64,000 nt of DNA from Chrysomallon squamiferum (GCA_012295275.1 CM022665.1:47802001-47866000); one strand, 5' to 3'. Numbered from the stretch's first letter, positions 13,895-27,415 are shown. The notes: generated by a model not told the origin, from the sequence alone. Translations and numbers: made by a program.

Positions 13895-14240
13895 CAACAT
13901 ACAGACGTACACACATACGTACTTACATACTTACACACGTGTATACATACAGACGTAGACACATATGTACATACATACATACATACATACTTACGTACGT
14001 ATATACATAAATACATACATATATATATATATAGATACATACTTACATACGTATATACATACATACTTACATACGTGTATACATACATACTTACATACGT
14101 ATATACATGCATACTTACATATATAGATACATGTACATATATATAAATATATACATACATACAAACATATACTCCCATACATACATATATGCATACATAC
14201 GTACATATACACATAAGTACATATACATACATACACACAA
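13895..14240. repeat. (ACAT/AT)n compound microsatellite
   Basis: Low-complexity TACA/TA repeats. Confidence 0.9.
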
Positions 14241-15875
14241 ATGTATTCACGGACATGTTGTTTTGTGTTATTTGTTCTGATAAACGTCATAATTAATCAG
14301 TGTATTCTTTAGTTAGATATACTTCTGTTATCAGTAGTTTAATATAAAATTCATTACAGATATCAAAAAAAAAAAAAAAAAATAAATAAATAAATAAATA
14401 AAAAAAAAAAAAATAAATAAAATAAAAATAAAAAAAAAAAAAAATAAATAAAATAAATTAAAAAAATAATAAAATAATAAAATAAATGAAATAAAAAAAA
14501 TAAATAAAAATAATAAAAAAATTATAAACAAATAAAGAAAGAAAGAAAAAGAAAATAGAATACTAATAAAAATAAAATAAAATAAAATAAATAAATACAA
14601 ATGTCAAATTATCATTAGTTTTAATAAGTAGTTTGTTTTAGTTTCATGTATTAGATTTTTTTTTATCTTATATGAATGAACGAGAGAAAAATTAATGTTT
14701 TTCTTCTTCTTCATCTTCTGGGTTTTTTTTATATCAAATTTTAAATCTACACTGCACTGAAAACTGGCAAGGACTGAGCGACGTGGTAGTTGTCTGTCTG
14801 GGTTAAAATGACAAAATGAAAAATGCGACGTCAGCGACATCCGAAAATTATTTTTCTGTCATCACTCGCGCGACCCGCATCTCACACAGACCGGGGTGAC
14901 GTATACGCCGTCATTGCTGTCAGCATCGTGAGCGTCAACGTCTGTCAGATTTACGTGTGTACTGTCTGTGACTTTTATAACGTTGACAACCTTTTTAAAT
15001 GTGGTTACCGTTGATCACTGCGATGTTGTTTTTTGTGTGTTTTTTTAGCAGTAGCACTAACAGGAGGTGAATTTACTGTAGGATGGTGGTAATCGACCGA
15101 TAATTAATAATGTAAAATTATTTATATTATGTATGTATTGTCTGTAATACGTATTACACTGGCTTGTTACGTATTCCATCTTTCCCGTGTGTTCTAACCA
15201 CACACACACACACACACGATTTGTACGTCAGAAAACATTAACTGTGCCTTTCCGTAACAAGAGGAACGTTTCCATATTTTTATATTAAAATTCATGTTAT
15301 AAAAAAAATGATATTAATATATATTTTTCACTGTTATTCAAAATTCATTTTTTAGTGTAAATAAATATTTAATAACTTTTTCAGTCACTTGAATTAATCA
15401 ACCATTTGAATACGTTTATGTTCACCTGAAGTTTAAGTAAATTTGCGTGAACACGTATTAACGACAGTAATTAGTTGTCTGATAATATTAGTTCTAGCTT
15501 GACGCTGATGAAACAGCGATACTTACACACCTATATAGAAATCTACCCGTGTTCAAAGCGTCACAGAAATTCACTGCATAAAATATTACCCTGTTGCTGC
15601 TAAAATAAAATGAGTATTTTTTTTTTTTTTGTACAGGTTAGGACTTGGAGCACAAGCGGTAGGAAGTTAGTTTTCAGTTTGAAAAGAAACATTCACTTTT
15701 GTGTTATCGAATGCCTGACGTAGTCAGATGTCTCTCAAAAGATGAAATGGTCGAAGTTTCGACTGATAATTGATTCCACGTAACCACAGCGATAACAGAA
15801 TTGTGTATTAAAACAGCATCGAGAACAGTACAGAAAGGGAAGAAATATATAATAAAGAATAAACTATCGAGTTGC

Positions 15876-16055
15876 CAGGAGCATATCCAGGAATCTGTAC
15901 AAGGGGAAGTACACAATTACTAGCCTTCATTCAACATATATATCTATATATCTATATCTTTATCTATATTAATTATTTGTTTAAATATTTATTTTTAGCC
16001 GGGGGGGGGGTGATGGTCCCGTGCAGCTTGGAAACGCACCCACAATCCGCCGCTA
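15876..16055. mobile_element. Degenerate hAT-like MITE
   Basis: Ends CAGGAGCATATCCAGGA ... ATCCGCCGCTA resemble CAGGGGCGGATCCAGGA-type TIRs, with an internal G-run. No target-site duplication found. Confidence 0.35.
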
Positions 16056-16901
16056 TAGACTAAACACATCGAAATAATAGCATCACTGAACAGATACAAT
16101 GGAGATTTCAGTTTGTGTGTGGAAATAATTAGTAATATTTATTAAGTGACATCGAAAAAAACAAAAGTAACAGTTTCGGATGAATGAAACAATTTTTTTT
16201 TTTTTTTTCGCATCTGTTTCCACGTCAGTATTGTATATAAAAAAATCAATTACATTTAAACGTAAGCAGACGACAGATGACGTAACATTAGAAACAGGTG
16301 TTACAGAAACCTGAGAAAACGTGACTACTAATAGTTTATTCGTTCTAACATGATCATGCAGAGTTTGTGTTGTTCCTGAGATTCATTAGTGGGTTTATTA
16401 TTACATTTTATTTCCGAATTGCAGACGTAAACGATTCGAATGCGCACTCTGGATATTCAGAGGGCATATTATATCGTAAACATGTGATGATGAGAAAAAG
16501 CCTCCATTTGCCTCTGATGTGACGTCACGAATAACAAAATAGCCTAGTTGAAATAATAATAATAATAATTATAATAATAAGAAGAAACACGCACCTGTAC
16601 AAAATTTTAATGTATTTAGTGGTGCGTACTAAAATATTTTAACAAGTTGTAAAACTTCACACAGTTCAGTGTGTTAACTCTGTTATTGCTATTGAAATAT
16701 CAACACTTAAAAAAAAAATAATAATAATAAAAAAAAGTAATATCATGGAAAAATAAAGTTACATTCTGTTTTATTCTTATCATAAATTTATCTTAGGATA
16801 CAAAATGCCGTGGGTCAGAAATAATCTTAACAATATATTAAAATAAAAAACAAATGAAACAAAATAACATATCTACACATATACATACAAACGTGTGTGT
16901 G

Positions 16902-16940
<39 letters not shown>

Positions 16941-16941
16941 A

Positions 16942-16974
<33 letters not shown>

Positions 16975-17138
16975 GTAAGAAAAAAGTAATAAAATAATTT
17001 TAAAATTATTTCTAATGTCAGAACAAATGAATTAAACCACATTAATTTCAAGTTTGTATCTCTGAAAACAAAAAGTGAAAAGAGATTGATCTGTAAAGGT
17101 GCAAATGAACCAATTCAATATAAGAAAGAATGTTGTTG

Positions 17139-17187
<49 letters not shown>

Positions 17188-17467
17188 AATTGAAAATATT
17201 TATGCTTTTAATCACTAAGTAATTTATGAATCTGAAAATCTGAATAAAATATTCCAGATTGGAATTCAATATCTGTATGTATCAGGATACAAAAATATAT
17301 TTCACAATCAAACTAATGTATTGCTATATAAATAGCTGAATCATGTACAAATAACAGACTGTTAAATGTTTTCAAATATATATATACAAAGTAACTATAT
17401 GAAATATTTACAAATGTATATAAGAAGTAACTAAATGAAATGTTCAATGGGATCATTAGATGAACTC

Positions 17468-17700
17468 TGTAACTGAACAACAACTGTAGATAAACTATGT
17501 GAACTGTTCAGTGTAATGATGCACTATGTAACTGAACAACTACTGTAGATAAACTATGTGAACAGTTCAGTGTAATGATGCACTATGTAACTGAACAACA
17601 ACTGTAGATAAACTATGTGAACAGTTCAGTGTAATGATGCACTATGTAACTGAACAACAACTGTAGATAAACTATGTGAAGTGTTCGCTGTAATCATTAG
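17468..17700. repeat. 59-bp tandem repeat spanning the zinc-finger stop codon and 3' UTR, about 4 copies
   Basis: TGTAACTGAAC recurs at 17468, 17527, 17586 and 17645. Confidence 0.92.
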
Positions 17701-20700
17701 GGTCTTCTTCATGAACCCTTCTCATGTGTTTGTTGAGCAGATACCTGGCACCGAAGTTTTTCCCGCACACAGGACATTTGAACTCAGTGCGAGGCTGGTG
17801 TGTGATCATGTGACACGTGAGGTTTCTCTTGTTGGAGAACCTCTTCCCGCACTCACACACGAACCTCTTGTTCGGGTCGACAGGTTTCGGCTTCTTCATG
17901 TGCACGTGTTTGACATGCTTGTTCAGCTTGAACAGCTTGGAGAACGATTTGTCGCACGTTTCACACTTGAACGGCTTCATGTTGTCGTGGACGATGAGGT
18001 GACACTTCAGGTACCTCTCCTGCGAGAACTCTTTGCCGCAGTGGCACACGAACACCGACGGCTTCTCAGATTCGACGTCAGAACTCTGGTCTTCCTCTGG
18101 GTGGAACTTCTTCTGGTGTCTGTTGAAGTGGTAAAGACTGATGAACTTTTTACCACAGTCTTCGCAGGGAAACGTCTGTTTGGGAACATCGTCACCTTTC
18201 TGGGGAACTGATCCCGGATGCTCTTTCTTCAGGTGTTTGTTCAAGAGAAACCGTTTGGCGAAACACTTAAAACAGACGTGGCACACGTGAGGTTTGAGTT
18301 CCGTGTGGTAGCAGGCGATGTGGTTCTTCAAATACGACTCGACAGCGAATCTCTTTCCGCAGTCGCAGACGTACGGCTTCTTCACGATGTCAGCTCTCTT
18401 CACGTTGTCGTGCACTCTTTTTATGTGCTTTTTCAAAGTGGCTTTCATCACGAAGCCTTTGCTGCACCTGTCACAAACAAATGGCCTCACGTCACTGTGA
18501 AGTTTCTCGTGATAAATCAACGAGTCCGGATTAGAAAATGTTTTACCACACTTGCAGGTGAACGTCCTGTCCGAGGTGTGAGTGAACATGTGTTTCTTCA
18601 AACCGGCGAGAGATTTGTATTTCTTCTGGCATTCAGCACACTCGTAAAGCTTTTCGGGGAAATGCACCAGTTTTCTGTGAGCGTTGAGGACAAAGAGTTC
18701 CGCAAATCGTTTGTTGCAGACGTCGCAGACGTGGTCCTTCTGACCCGTGTGTTTCTTGATGTGCATCCTCAGCATGTGTCTCTGGGGGAAGGCCTCGGGG
18801 CAGTAGGAGCACTTGAAGGTGGCTTTCTCCTTGTTGTAGTGCACTCGCTGGCGATGCTTCCTCAGATACGACCAGGTCTGGTACGTGTTTCGACACAGCT
18901 CGCACTTGAAGCGGTTGTTGGACTTGATGTGCACGGTCTTCTTGTGGTAATACAGAGCCTCTCTCGACTCGAAACACCTCCCGCACGTTGTACACCTGCA
19001 GTTCAACACGGTCCCTTTCCTGTCTCTGGATGCTTTTTTGATAGTGACCGTGTGTCTGCAATGACTAATTCTGGTTGTCTGCCCTTCCTCACCTCCCTGA
19101 ATGATTGCTGGACTATGGTTACTGTCAGGCAGGGACTGGAAATTTTCGTGTTTCACTATAGCGTTCAAAACACTGTCAATGGCATCAGCATTATTAACAT
19201 CATCTGGTTGTGGAGGATTTTCATTTTTTATAACAAAAATATCAATGAAACCCTGGTCACTCACATCCCTGGCATCCACCTCAAGAACTTTGACACTACA
19301 AGCACCATTACACTGAAACTCTTTCACATCTAGAATGTGCAAATTCTTGTTATATCCCAGCATCGAGTACTCATTTCCCAATCTGGACAAGTCTCCACCA
19401 AGCTGGTGACCGGACAACAAAGTTGAGGATTCCTGAACTTCTTGTTTAATGTAAACTGATTCAGCTTCAGCTGCAACAGCACCACCAACACCAACATCAT
19501 CCATTTCCTCATACCCGTCACTGAAATCTGAACTGTCGTCATTACTTTCTGAAAGTGCTAGGTATGTGCTGCTCTGTGTAGTACTATCTACTTTGACTTT
19601 GTCACTTACTGTACATGAGTGGGTTTGGTTCAGTGAAACAATACTGTTACTACTAGAAACAGAATGAAGCAAACTATCGCTATCCTCAACACAGGACACC
19701 TGTGAATTCTGAACACAAGTTTTGTCTTGTTTGGAAGACTCTTGTAAAATTTGGAAAGTCTGGCTACTTTTTGTTGAAGTAGACAGTGTTCCTACATTCT
19801 CAGTTGATGTAGTCTGCATTTCTACACTGTCTTGTGGTTCAGTCAGTTCATCAACACTTTCTGTTGATGCAGACCGTTTTGCTATGTGTTCTGGTGATAC
19901 AATCAGTGTTTCTATGTTGCCTGTTGATGAAAATGTCAATGTTTCAGTAGGTTCCATTGATGGAATCAGTGTTTCAATACTTTCTGTTGATGTAGTCACT
20001 GTTTCAATATTTTCTGTTGATGCCGTCAATGTTTCAGTATTTTCTGTTGATGCTGTCAATGTTTCAGTATTTACTGTTGATCCAGTTAGTGTTTTAGTAT
20101 TTACTGTTGATCCAGTCAGTGTTTCAGTATTTACTGTTGATCCAGTCACTGTTTCAGTATTTACTGTTGATCCAGTTAGTGTTTCAGTATTTACTGTTGA
20201 TCCAGTGAATGTTTCAGTATTTTCTGTTGATGCAGTCAGTGTTTCAGTATTTTCTGCTGATACAGTCAGTGTTTCAGTGTTTACTGCTGATGCTGAGATG
20301 GTGACTTCTTGGTGACTCTGCATGTGTTCAACAACACTTTCCAGTGTTGAGTACAGCTGACTATCTGAACATAGATCACATGTATAAAGTACCTCAGCTG
20401 TACTGCCATCATTCACAGAGCCTTCTTCATCATCATCATCATCTTCATCATCATCCTTTGGATAGAAAACAAAGCTGTTATTCACAGGAATGCTGTCAGA
20501 AGTGGAAGAATAATTTTTAGAGGTTGTTGCCGTGGTAATCACAATGTGCTGTCCACTGTGACCATGAACAGAAACAAGATGTTTCCTCAGAGATTTAATC
20601 TGGGCGTAAGATTTATCACAGAACTGACACTGGAAGGCAGACGACAGGTCGGTGCCTCTGTACTCGTCTCCCAGAGACTTGGTCAGAATGTTCACATCAC

Positions 20701-20989
20701 CTCCGTGGACAGCTCGGATGTGCCACTTGAGATTTTTGGGAGCGACAAACTCTCTGTCACAGACGACACAGGAGCACGTCTGCTGTTCTCTGTGAGTCTT
20801 CATGTGTCTCTCGAGAGTCGATGGAGCTGTGCAGAATGTGAAACAGTAGCTGCACTGGTAACCCTCTCCCGTGTGGCACTTCATATGTGCTCGCAGGCTT
20901 TTGACAGATTTGTACCATTTGTCACAAAAGCTACACTGGTACGCACCGACTTCAAATTCCTGCTCTATCACAGGTAAATGTTCATTCAT
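17672..20989 (-). CDS. C2H2 zinc-finger protein, 1105 aa, 19 fingers (5 N-terminal, 14 C-terminal) with an acidic/Thr-rich spacer
   Basis: Long single-exon ORF with repeated CxxC/CxC...HxxxH motifs and TGQKDH/SDVRPF-type linkers. A splice acceptor at 21031 indicates an upstream non-coding exon. Confidence 0.95.
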   Translation of the reverse strand: MNEHLPVIEQEFEVGAYQCSFCDKWYKSVKSLRAHMKCHTGEGYQCSYCFTFCTAPSTLERHMKTHREQQTCSCVVCDREFVAPKNLKWHIRAVHGGDVNILTKSLGDEYRGTDLSSAFQCQFCDKSYAQIKSLRKHLVSVHGHSGQHIVITTATTSKNYSSTSDSIPVNNSFVFYPKDDDEDDDDDEEGSVNDGSTAEVLYTCDLCSDSQLYSTLESVVEHMQSHQEVTISASAVNTETLTVSAENTETLTASTENTETFTGSTVNTETLTGSTVNTETVTGSTVNTETLTGSTVNTKTLTGSTVNTETLTASTENTETLTASTENIETVTTSTESIETLIPSMEPTETLTFSSTGNIETLIVSPEHIAKRSASTESVDELTEPQDSVEMQTTSTENVGTLSTSTKSSQTFQILQESSKQDKTCVQNSQVSCVEDSDSLLHSVSSSNSIVSLNQTHSCTVSDKVKVDSTTQSSTYLALSESNDDSSDFSDGYEEMDDVGVGGAVAAEAESVYIKQEVQESSTLLSGHQLGGDLSRLGNEYSMLGYNKNLHILDVKEFQCNGACSVKVLEVDARDVSDQGFIDIFVIKNENPPQPDDVNNADAIDSVLNAIVKHENFQSLPDSNHSPAIIQGGEEGQTTRISHCRHTVTIKKASRDRKGTVLNCRCTTCGRCFESREALYYHKKTVHIKSNNRFKCELCRNTYQTWSYLRKHRQRVHYNKEKATFKCSYCPEAFPQRHMLRMHIKKHTGQKDHVCDVCNKRFAELFVLNAHRKLVHFPEKLYECAECQKKYKSLAGLKKHMFTHTSDRTFTCKCGKTFSNPDSLIYHEKLHSDVRPFVCDRCSKGFVMKATLKKHIKRVHDNVKRADIVKKPYVCDCGKRFAVESYLKNHIACYHTELKPHVCHVCFKCFAKRFLLNKHLKKEHPGSVPQKGDDVPKQTFPCEDCGKKFISLYHFNRHQKKFHPEEDQSSDVESEKPSVFVCHCGKEFSQERYLKCHLIVHDNMKPFKCETCDKSFSKLFKLNKHVKHVHMKKPKPVDPNKRFVCECGKRFSNKRNLTCHMITHQPRTEFKCPVCGKNFGARYLLNKHMRRVHEEDPNDYSEHFT
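19900..20300 (-). repeat. 30-bp coding minisatellite (TETLTGSTVN / TETLTASTEN), about 13 units
   Basis: Tandem 10-aa repeat inside the zinc-finger ORF. Confidence 0.9.
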
Positions 20990-21710
20990 CGTGTGCGGTT
21001 TATTCTAGAATATTCAGGAACTCAGATTATCTGAAAAGAGAGCAAAAAATAAATTACATTATTAATATGCATACAGGATTATTATTATTTTTAATTTTTC
21101 AAGAGAGAAACAAATTTTGAAATTCTAAAAACGACCATATTTAAGCTAAAGCTAACCCTGAATATGGATACTATAAAAAGTAGTGAGTCTTTGCTTTCTC
21201 CCCAACACCACCCAGTAAATAAATTGGTGGACAGATTTTCAAATAGTAAAATAGGAACATAAAACATCAAGTATTTGTTACCGTTTATCCATTTAATAAC
21301 ACTTAAGAACTGCATTATCGACGAAATAAAGATGCTTACACTATCAAATAATTAATTTCCGAATACATCTTAGTAGCATACATTCAGCAAAATTAATAAT
21401 AATATTACTGAAAGAAACAAATCCCAAACATCACAGTAAACTGAGTAATAAAAAGTATTACGAAAATAAAATAAAGATGGATACATATGGATCATATCAA
21501 TTATTATTAATAGCAGAGCAAAGCTAACATATAAAGAATTCAACATATACCAGGTGTAATTGAATTCATCATTATGACGGTAATTACAACAAACGAAACA
21601 ATTTATAGTATTAAGAAACATTTAATGAGAAGGAACATATAAAGGGAGATAACTTAAAATTGATTGTGTTTTTCTTATATCTAACTTTAATTGTCAGAGC
21701 ATCACATTTT

Positions 21711-21766
<56 letters not shown>

Positions 21767-22328
21767 ATAATATATAAAATATAAATAATTAGTCTTCATA
21801 AGCATATTTACGCTACGAGGGTTAAACGTGTTTATATGAATAAATTAACTTCTGTAAAATATATATTTTAAATATATAAACATTGGATAGGGCAGGTACC
21901 TTAGCATTTCTAATCTAAAGAAATGTTATATGTGAAGTTGATAATGATACTGTCGAAGATATTATTTAAATATTATAATTTACATTTTCTTCTTTATAGC
22001 TTTTTAAGAATTTAACCATTACTTTTTACTTCTTTTATTTTTAAATTATTTATTAACATTTTATTCTTTTTCTAGGGATATAATGGAAAGTGTAGTTTTT
22101 AGCAGTTTGTATATCAGGTTGTTTTCTATTTATTTTATCCAAGCATCTGTAAAGGTATTTTATCTCGGTTCCTTTCGGCTGATGACGAAAGAAACCGAAA
22201 TTATCTTTAACTGGTTTCCCTCCTAACGTTTTCCGCACGTAAACCAATCTATTTAAAACAACTTTGTTTCACGAAAGGAAATTAACATTAGTCTTTACAA
22301 TAGGACATCACAAAAACAAGATCTTAAA

Positions 22329-23977
22329 ATGTCTTTAGACTTACCAATAAGTGAAATAGTTCTTGACCGTGGAGACACAGGTACAGTTTCCATAAAACCG
22401 GCACATTTTAATTCCATTTAACAGTATTGTCTGACTCTGTATCACTATCACTATCAGGAGTAACAGTAACTGAGTAAGGTCAAAATTGAGTTTTGCTACG
22501 TGCGGTTAATGATCAGATTTAAACACAATATTAATTTAGATCTGATGATTAATAATAGTTCACTTGTTTCAGGACAATGATTAGTTAAATTTCAGATAAT
22601 AGTGAAATAGTTAAATATATTTTTTTTTACAACAGATGTTTAGTACATGTCCTTGGGTTGATATATTACTTCAGTGTCTTCATATTAAAATAAAATTTAA
22701 TGCACAAGCAGAACATGAATTTTAACATGTAGTGAAAATATTTCATCAATGTATAATTATATGAAGGATACAAAATACAGACATTTTCAAAAAATTAATA
22801 ATCATTAAAAATTATTGAATAAATATTAAAATTTAAATATTAAAAAAGACAAAGTCTGATGGTATAACTGATACCTGTATCATGAGTATATGATTTGTTT
22901 GTTTATAGTTACTGTGAGTAAATCTGGCACACTTACAGTATATATATTTATTAGATTGGTAGTGGCAGACTCAAGTTTTATGATTAAAAATGAAAATAAT
23001 TAATTAAAATTGTTTTATAGGTCTTGGGTTCAATATACGAGGAGGTATAGATATTCCACATCTGCCTGGAGATCCTGGTATTTTTGTCACAAAATTAAAA
23101 CCAAATGGAGCAGCATATAAAGATGGCCGTTTGAAAGAAGGAGACAAAATAATAGAGGTATTTTAACTTCTACCAGATTTAAATTTGATAGGATATTTCA
23201 GTTCTTTACTACACAAAATCTTATTTGTTATTAAAACAGCTAAGCATTTTTTAGTGACAAATTCAGGGATAGTTTAAACAGTATAGAGATATGTCAATTT
23301 TAAACTCAGATATTCAAACATGGAAATTGTAAAATAAGTCGGAGCATTTATACACACTCCAATCACAAAGCAGAACAGTAATTTTAATACACTGATACAG
23401 TCACAGTTTTCCAAAATTTCATTAAATTAATTTTCTGTAAAATTTTTTCGTTATTTTTAACTTCACAATTTTTCACCTACATCATAAGAATAATAGAATT
23501 TAATTTTTTAATATTTTTTAATTCATAATATTTTGCCTTTATTTCACAAATTTTTTCATTTATCAGAAATTGGATGAAATAATTTTTTATATTTATAATT
23601 TAATCTTCTTCTGCTTATTATTATTGTTATTTTTATTATACCTGATATTTTAGGGGTGTTTTTTTTGTTGTTTTCTCTCAGATCAATGGAAGAAACATAG
23701 AACGAGTGACTCACAATGAGGCGGTACAGATATTTCTGGCATCAGGAAATGTGGTGCGTCTCAAAGTGCAGTGTGGAGCAGAAGCAGTCATACTTGTGAG
23801 ATTTTTTTGTTTTACATTTTTGAAAGCTTTCTTTTTCTTTTAAATAAAATTGAACCTAAACTGGTATTATTAAATCTCATGAAGAAGTAAAAATATCCAG
23901 TGTCATGTCAGAAGTTTAATTAGTAATTAATTTTTAAAATTTTACTATAGCCATTACATCCATTATGTAAATATATA

Positions 23978-24015
<38 letters not shown>

Positions 24016-24563
24016 TTGTATATGTTCTTTAATATACTTGTGCATGTGTGTTTCTTGTTTATTTAAAATGAGGCATTTCAGTTAAAGGAATATTTATTAT
24101 TGCTTTCACATAGTTATTAAAAATGCCATTAATTTTAAAGTTAAATTGTCAGCAGCTTATTTCTGTTTCTTTTCATAATAATAAAGTTAATAGTAATTTT
24201 AAAGTATTGTGTATAAAAATAATTACTGAGAAATAAGTAACTAGCAATTTATCTTTTTTTGTTTTGTTTTGTTATTTGTTGTTATGGTTTTTGTATGTTT
24301 GAGGGACAGACATGGTAGAGGGTTGTAAGAAGGGGGCAGGTGGATAGACAGGGAGGAAGAAGAAAGGGAAGAATAAGTAATTAGACAAGTCTTGATTTGT
24401 TATTTTTTATTTCCAGGCTAAAATAGAAGACAGAAAACACCCAGTCTTGCCTTCTCGGCCAGGCACGAAAAAGTCTAAGTTTCATATTTTCTACTTCATG
24501 CTTGGTTTGGTCACTGCGACTGGACTAGCATACTTTGTGTACCGGCGCATCAGACAAAAGTAG
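22329..24563 (+). CDS. SYNJ2BP: Synaptojanin-2-binding protein / OMP25, copy 1 (149 aa)
   Basis: Exons 22329-22380, 23021-23157, 23682-23795 and 24417-24563, all GT-AG and in phase. Product: [92 protein letters not shown]...[27 protein letters not shown]. This is a single PDZ domain plus a C-terminal tail anchor. Confidence 0.95.
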
Positions 24564-27415
24564 ACTTTAGTAGTTTGTAGAGTTTTTGTTATTTTTATGT
24601 CCACCATTTCAAGTATTCAGTCAAAATGCAGGTACCAGGATTGCAGAATTACCAGTAATCAAAATAGACACGTACTAACGAAGTCTTGTTTCTGCTTTTG
24701 TAGTAGTGAAAGAAGTGTTCCTGTTTTTACATAAATGACTAATTGGAAATGCATGAACTGTACATTTGATGAAAATTTTGGAAGAAATTGTACAAAGCAG
24801 AAATTACAACAGTTGTTTGATAAATTGTAATCGAAGACTTTAATTTTTAAAAATTTTAATTTTAAGTTGATTGTTTCCAGAAAAGAAGGAAAAAAAGGTC
24901 CCTCATTCTGATTTTCGTGCAAGTATTTGCAGCATGAGTTATTAAAAAGATAGTTTATTATTTTAGAAGTTTAAAAAGATGAATATTATTGAAAGTGCTT
25001 TTTATACATATCAAGTCTGCACCTCTGAGAAATAATTATCACTAGACAAATGAAGATTATTTCCCAGAGGTGTGGTAAGACAATTAATTTTTGTTACAGC
25101 CTGTATATTACTCAAGATATCTCACAAAAACTATTTTGTTTTGTATCATACAAAGAGTTTCTGTTTGTTGATGCATTTAAATGTATTCAGATATATTTTA
25201 ACGTGTTTGAGTTTGTGTAGACATTATTCCAGAATTTTTGTTTCTGCCAGTTCACAAATCTTAATGTAATTTGTAAGAAATATTTTGTCAAAACATGTGA
25301 GATAATCATTCAGAGAAATTTATTATTGTCTGTGCAAAGTTAACATTCTTCTTTGTTGCCCACAAGTGCACCAAGACTCTGTAAACGTAAAAGTAACCTT
25401 TAAACTGAATTGTATGAATCAGAAGTAAGTAATAAAACAAAAGAATTCCAAAAGCTCTCAGGATAATTCCAATGTTTATTATGGTTTAAAAAGTTGTCAT
25501 CTAATACAGACTGATACACAGACTGGAATAACTCCATCTTGTATCTCTATTTGTTTTATTAAAGAAATAAAAGCAAGACTAACAAAAGCAGTCGATGAAA
25601 AATAATTTGCAGACATTTTATGAAATTAACAGAATCAAGTTCCCTCTTTAACAGATTATAGATTTTATCCTCATCAGCTCAAAGATAAACACCATCTTTT
25701 TTTTTTTTTTCTTTCTTGTTTATAATTTTAATTTTTCTACCAAAATCTTGAAATATCAGCAATTTCAACCTACTGGAAATTACTTTAATGTTTGCAACTA
25801 TCTGACCTTAAGATCCACAATGTTAAATTCTGTTCATCAAGGATTTGTTGTGCAGTTTTTCTGTTGTTCTAAAATATAAAATACTAAGTATGAAATCATC
25901 TCTGTCTACACTAGTAAATAATAAGAAAAAATGGATAAAAAACTAATGCTTAATTTGTATAGTGTCTAAATATAAAGATTTTTATTTCTGTAACTTTCTT
26001 AAAGCTGTGGTTGTAGTTGTTGATGGGAAACTTTTAAGTTTTATGATAGCAGAGAGGATTTTTCTTGCCTTTTTGTGCTATCTAGTCACAGAGTTTGAAT
26101 TCCAGATACTTAAACATACTCATTTTCTCTTTTTAAATGGATTGTTAAACTGTCACAACATTTTCACTGAGAAATGTCTGGTTGGCAGGAATTTGTCTGT
26201 GTGTGTTTATTTTATTTCATGTACATTTTGTTACTAATTTATCTTATGTGAACAATGGTGATGTTAAAAGAGATTCTGTACCACTAAATTAAAATTGTTG
26301 ATTTAGTTACCTCACAGAGTGTACCTGTGTTGACACTAACATTTAAATATTGTCATCTTTATTATTATTATTTATTTATTTATTTTTTTTTTTAAATAAA
26401 ATTCATGTAACGATGAAGGTTCTAAAAGTTAGAGTGTAAACACATTTTATTTACCAGCAATTTATATTGTTTTGTTTATCACTGCAAAGACTGGGGATAT
26501 CGCTGAATAATAAAGTGTAAAAGTAACATGTTCTACACTTGATTTAAATATTACTTTACTTTCTTATGCACTCGTGTTTAACAGTTATAGAGAATTGTAC
26601 AGGAAAAAAAAAGAAAAACAAAAAAAAATCCAGGAAAATAAACCAACCAAAAACCTGAAAAACAGAATGAAATAAAACAAAACATGGGGAAAAAAAAAAA
26701 AAAGGTGAAAGGTAATCATCAAGAAAAAACAGTTCCTGGTTGAGTTATTTTTAAATTGATGTCTCTTCTTTGTTCATTTTTCATGGTAAACAGGTAAAAT
26801 TCAGTACTGGTCACACAACACAGGTACACTTCAGTAATTTCAATATACACGTCTGTCACAGCTTGTAAATGTAACAACGACAGATGTAACATGATGTTAG
26901 TTGATGTTGTCACAGCTGCTTCAGATCTAACAGGGTGCATCATTTTAATTCACAGGGTTCTTTTTTCTTTTTTTTCTTCTAAAGTTTGATTTTAAATTTT
27001 AATATTAAAAATAATTTTAAAAATATATATATTTTTTTCAACTTTGTCTTCTTACAAGGCTATTAAACTGTTTGATCTTTGTATTAGAGAAAACTAAATA
27101 CATTTATTAATTAATAAAAAAAAAAAAAAAAACCCCAATAAAACGTACAAGACCTGGCTCAGCAAATGAACAAATTAAAAAGATGTTTTTACTTACATTG
27201 TGTTGTAAATATAATTGTTTGATTTTCAATCCTTTTTTGATTTTTTTTTTCATTTGTTATTGTTTTGTTGATTTTTCTTTTGTTGAATTGTTTATTTTTA
27301 AAGTTACCTTTTTTTATTCTGTTTTCTTGAATTAAGCCAGACCTGTGATAAAATTTTATTTCATCAATTTTTAATTAGCAACACTAATCATTAAGAATTT
27401 TAAAAATATTTTTAA

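Noticed and set aside
17681-20977. Long + strand ORFs (176, 371, 197, 143 aa)
   Set aside because: Antisense shadows of the zinc-finger CDS, caused by codon bias and repeats.
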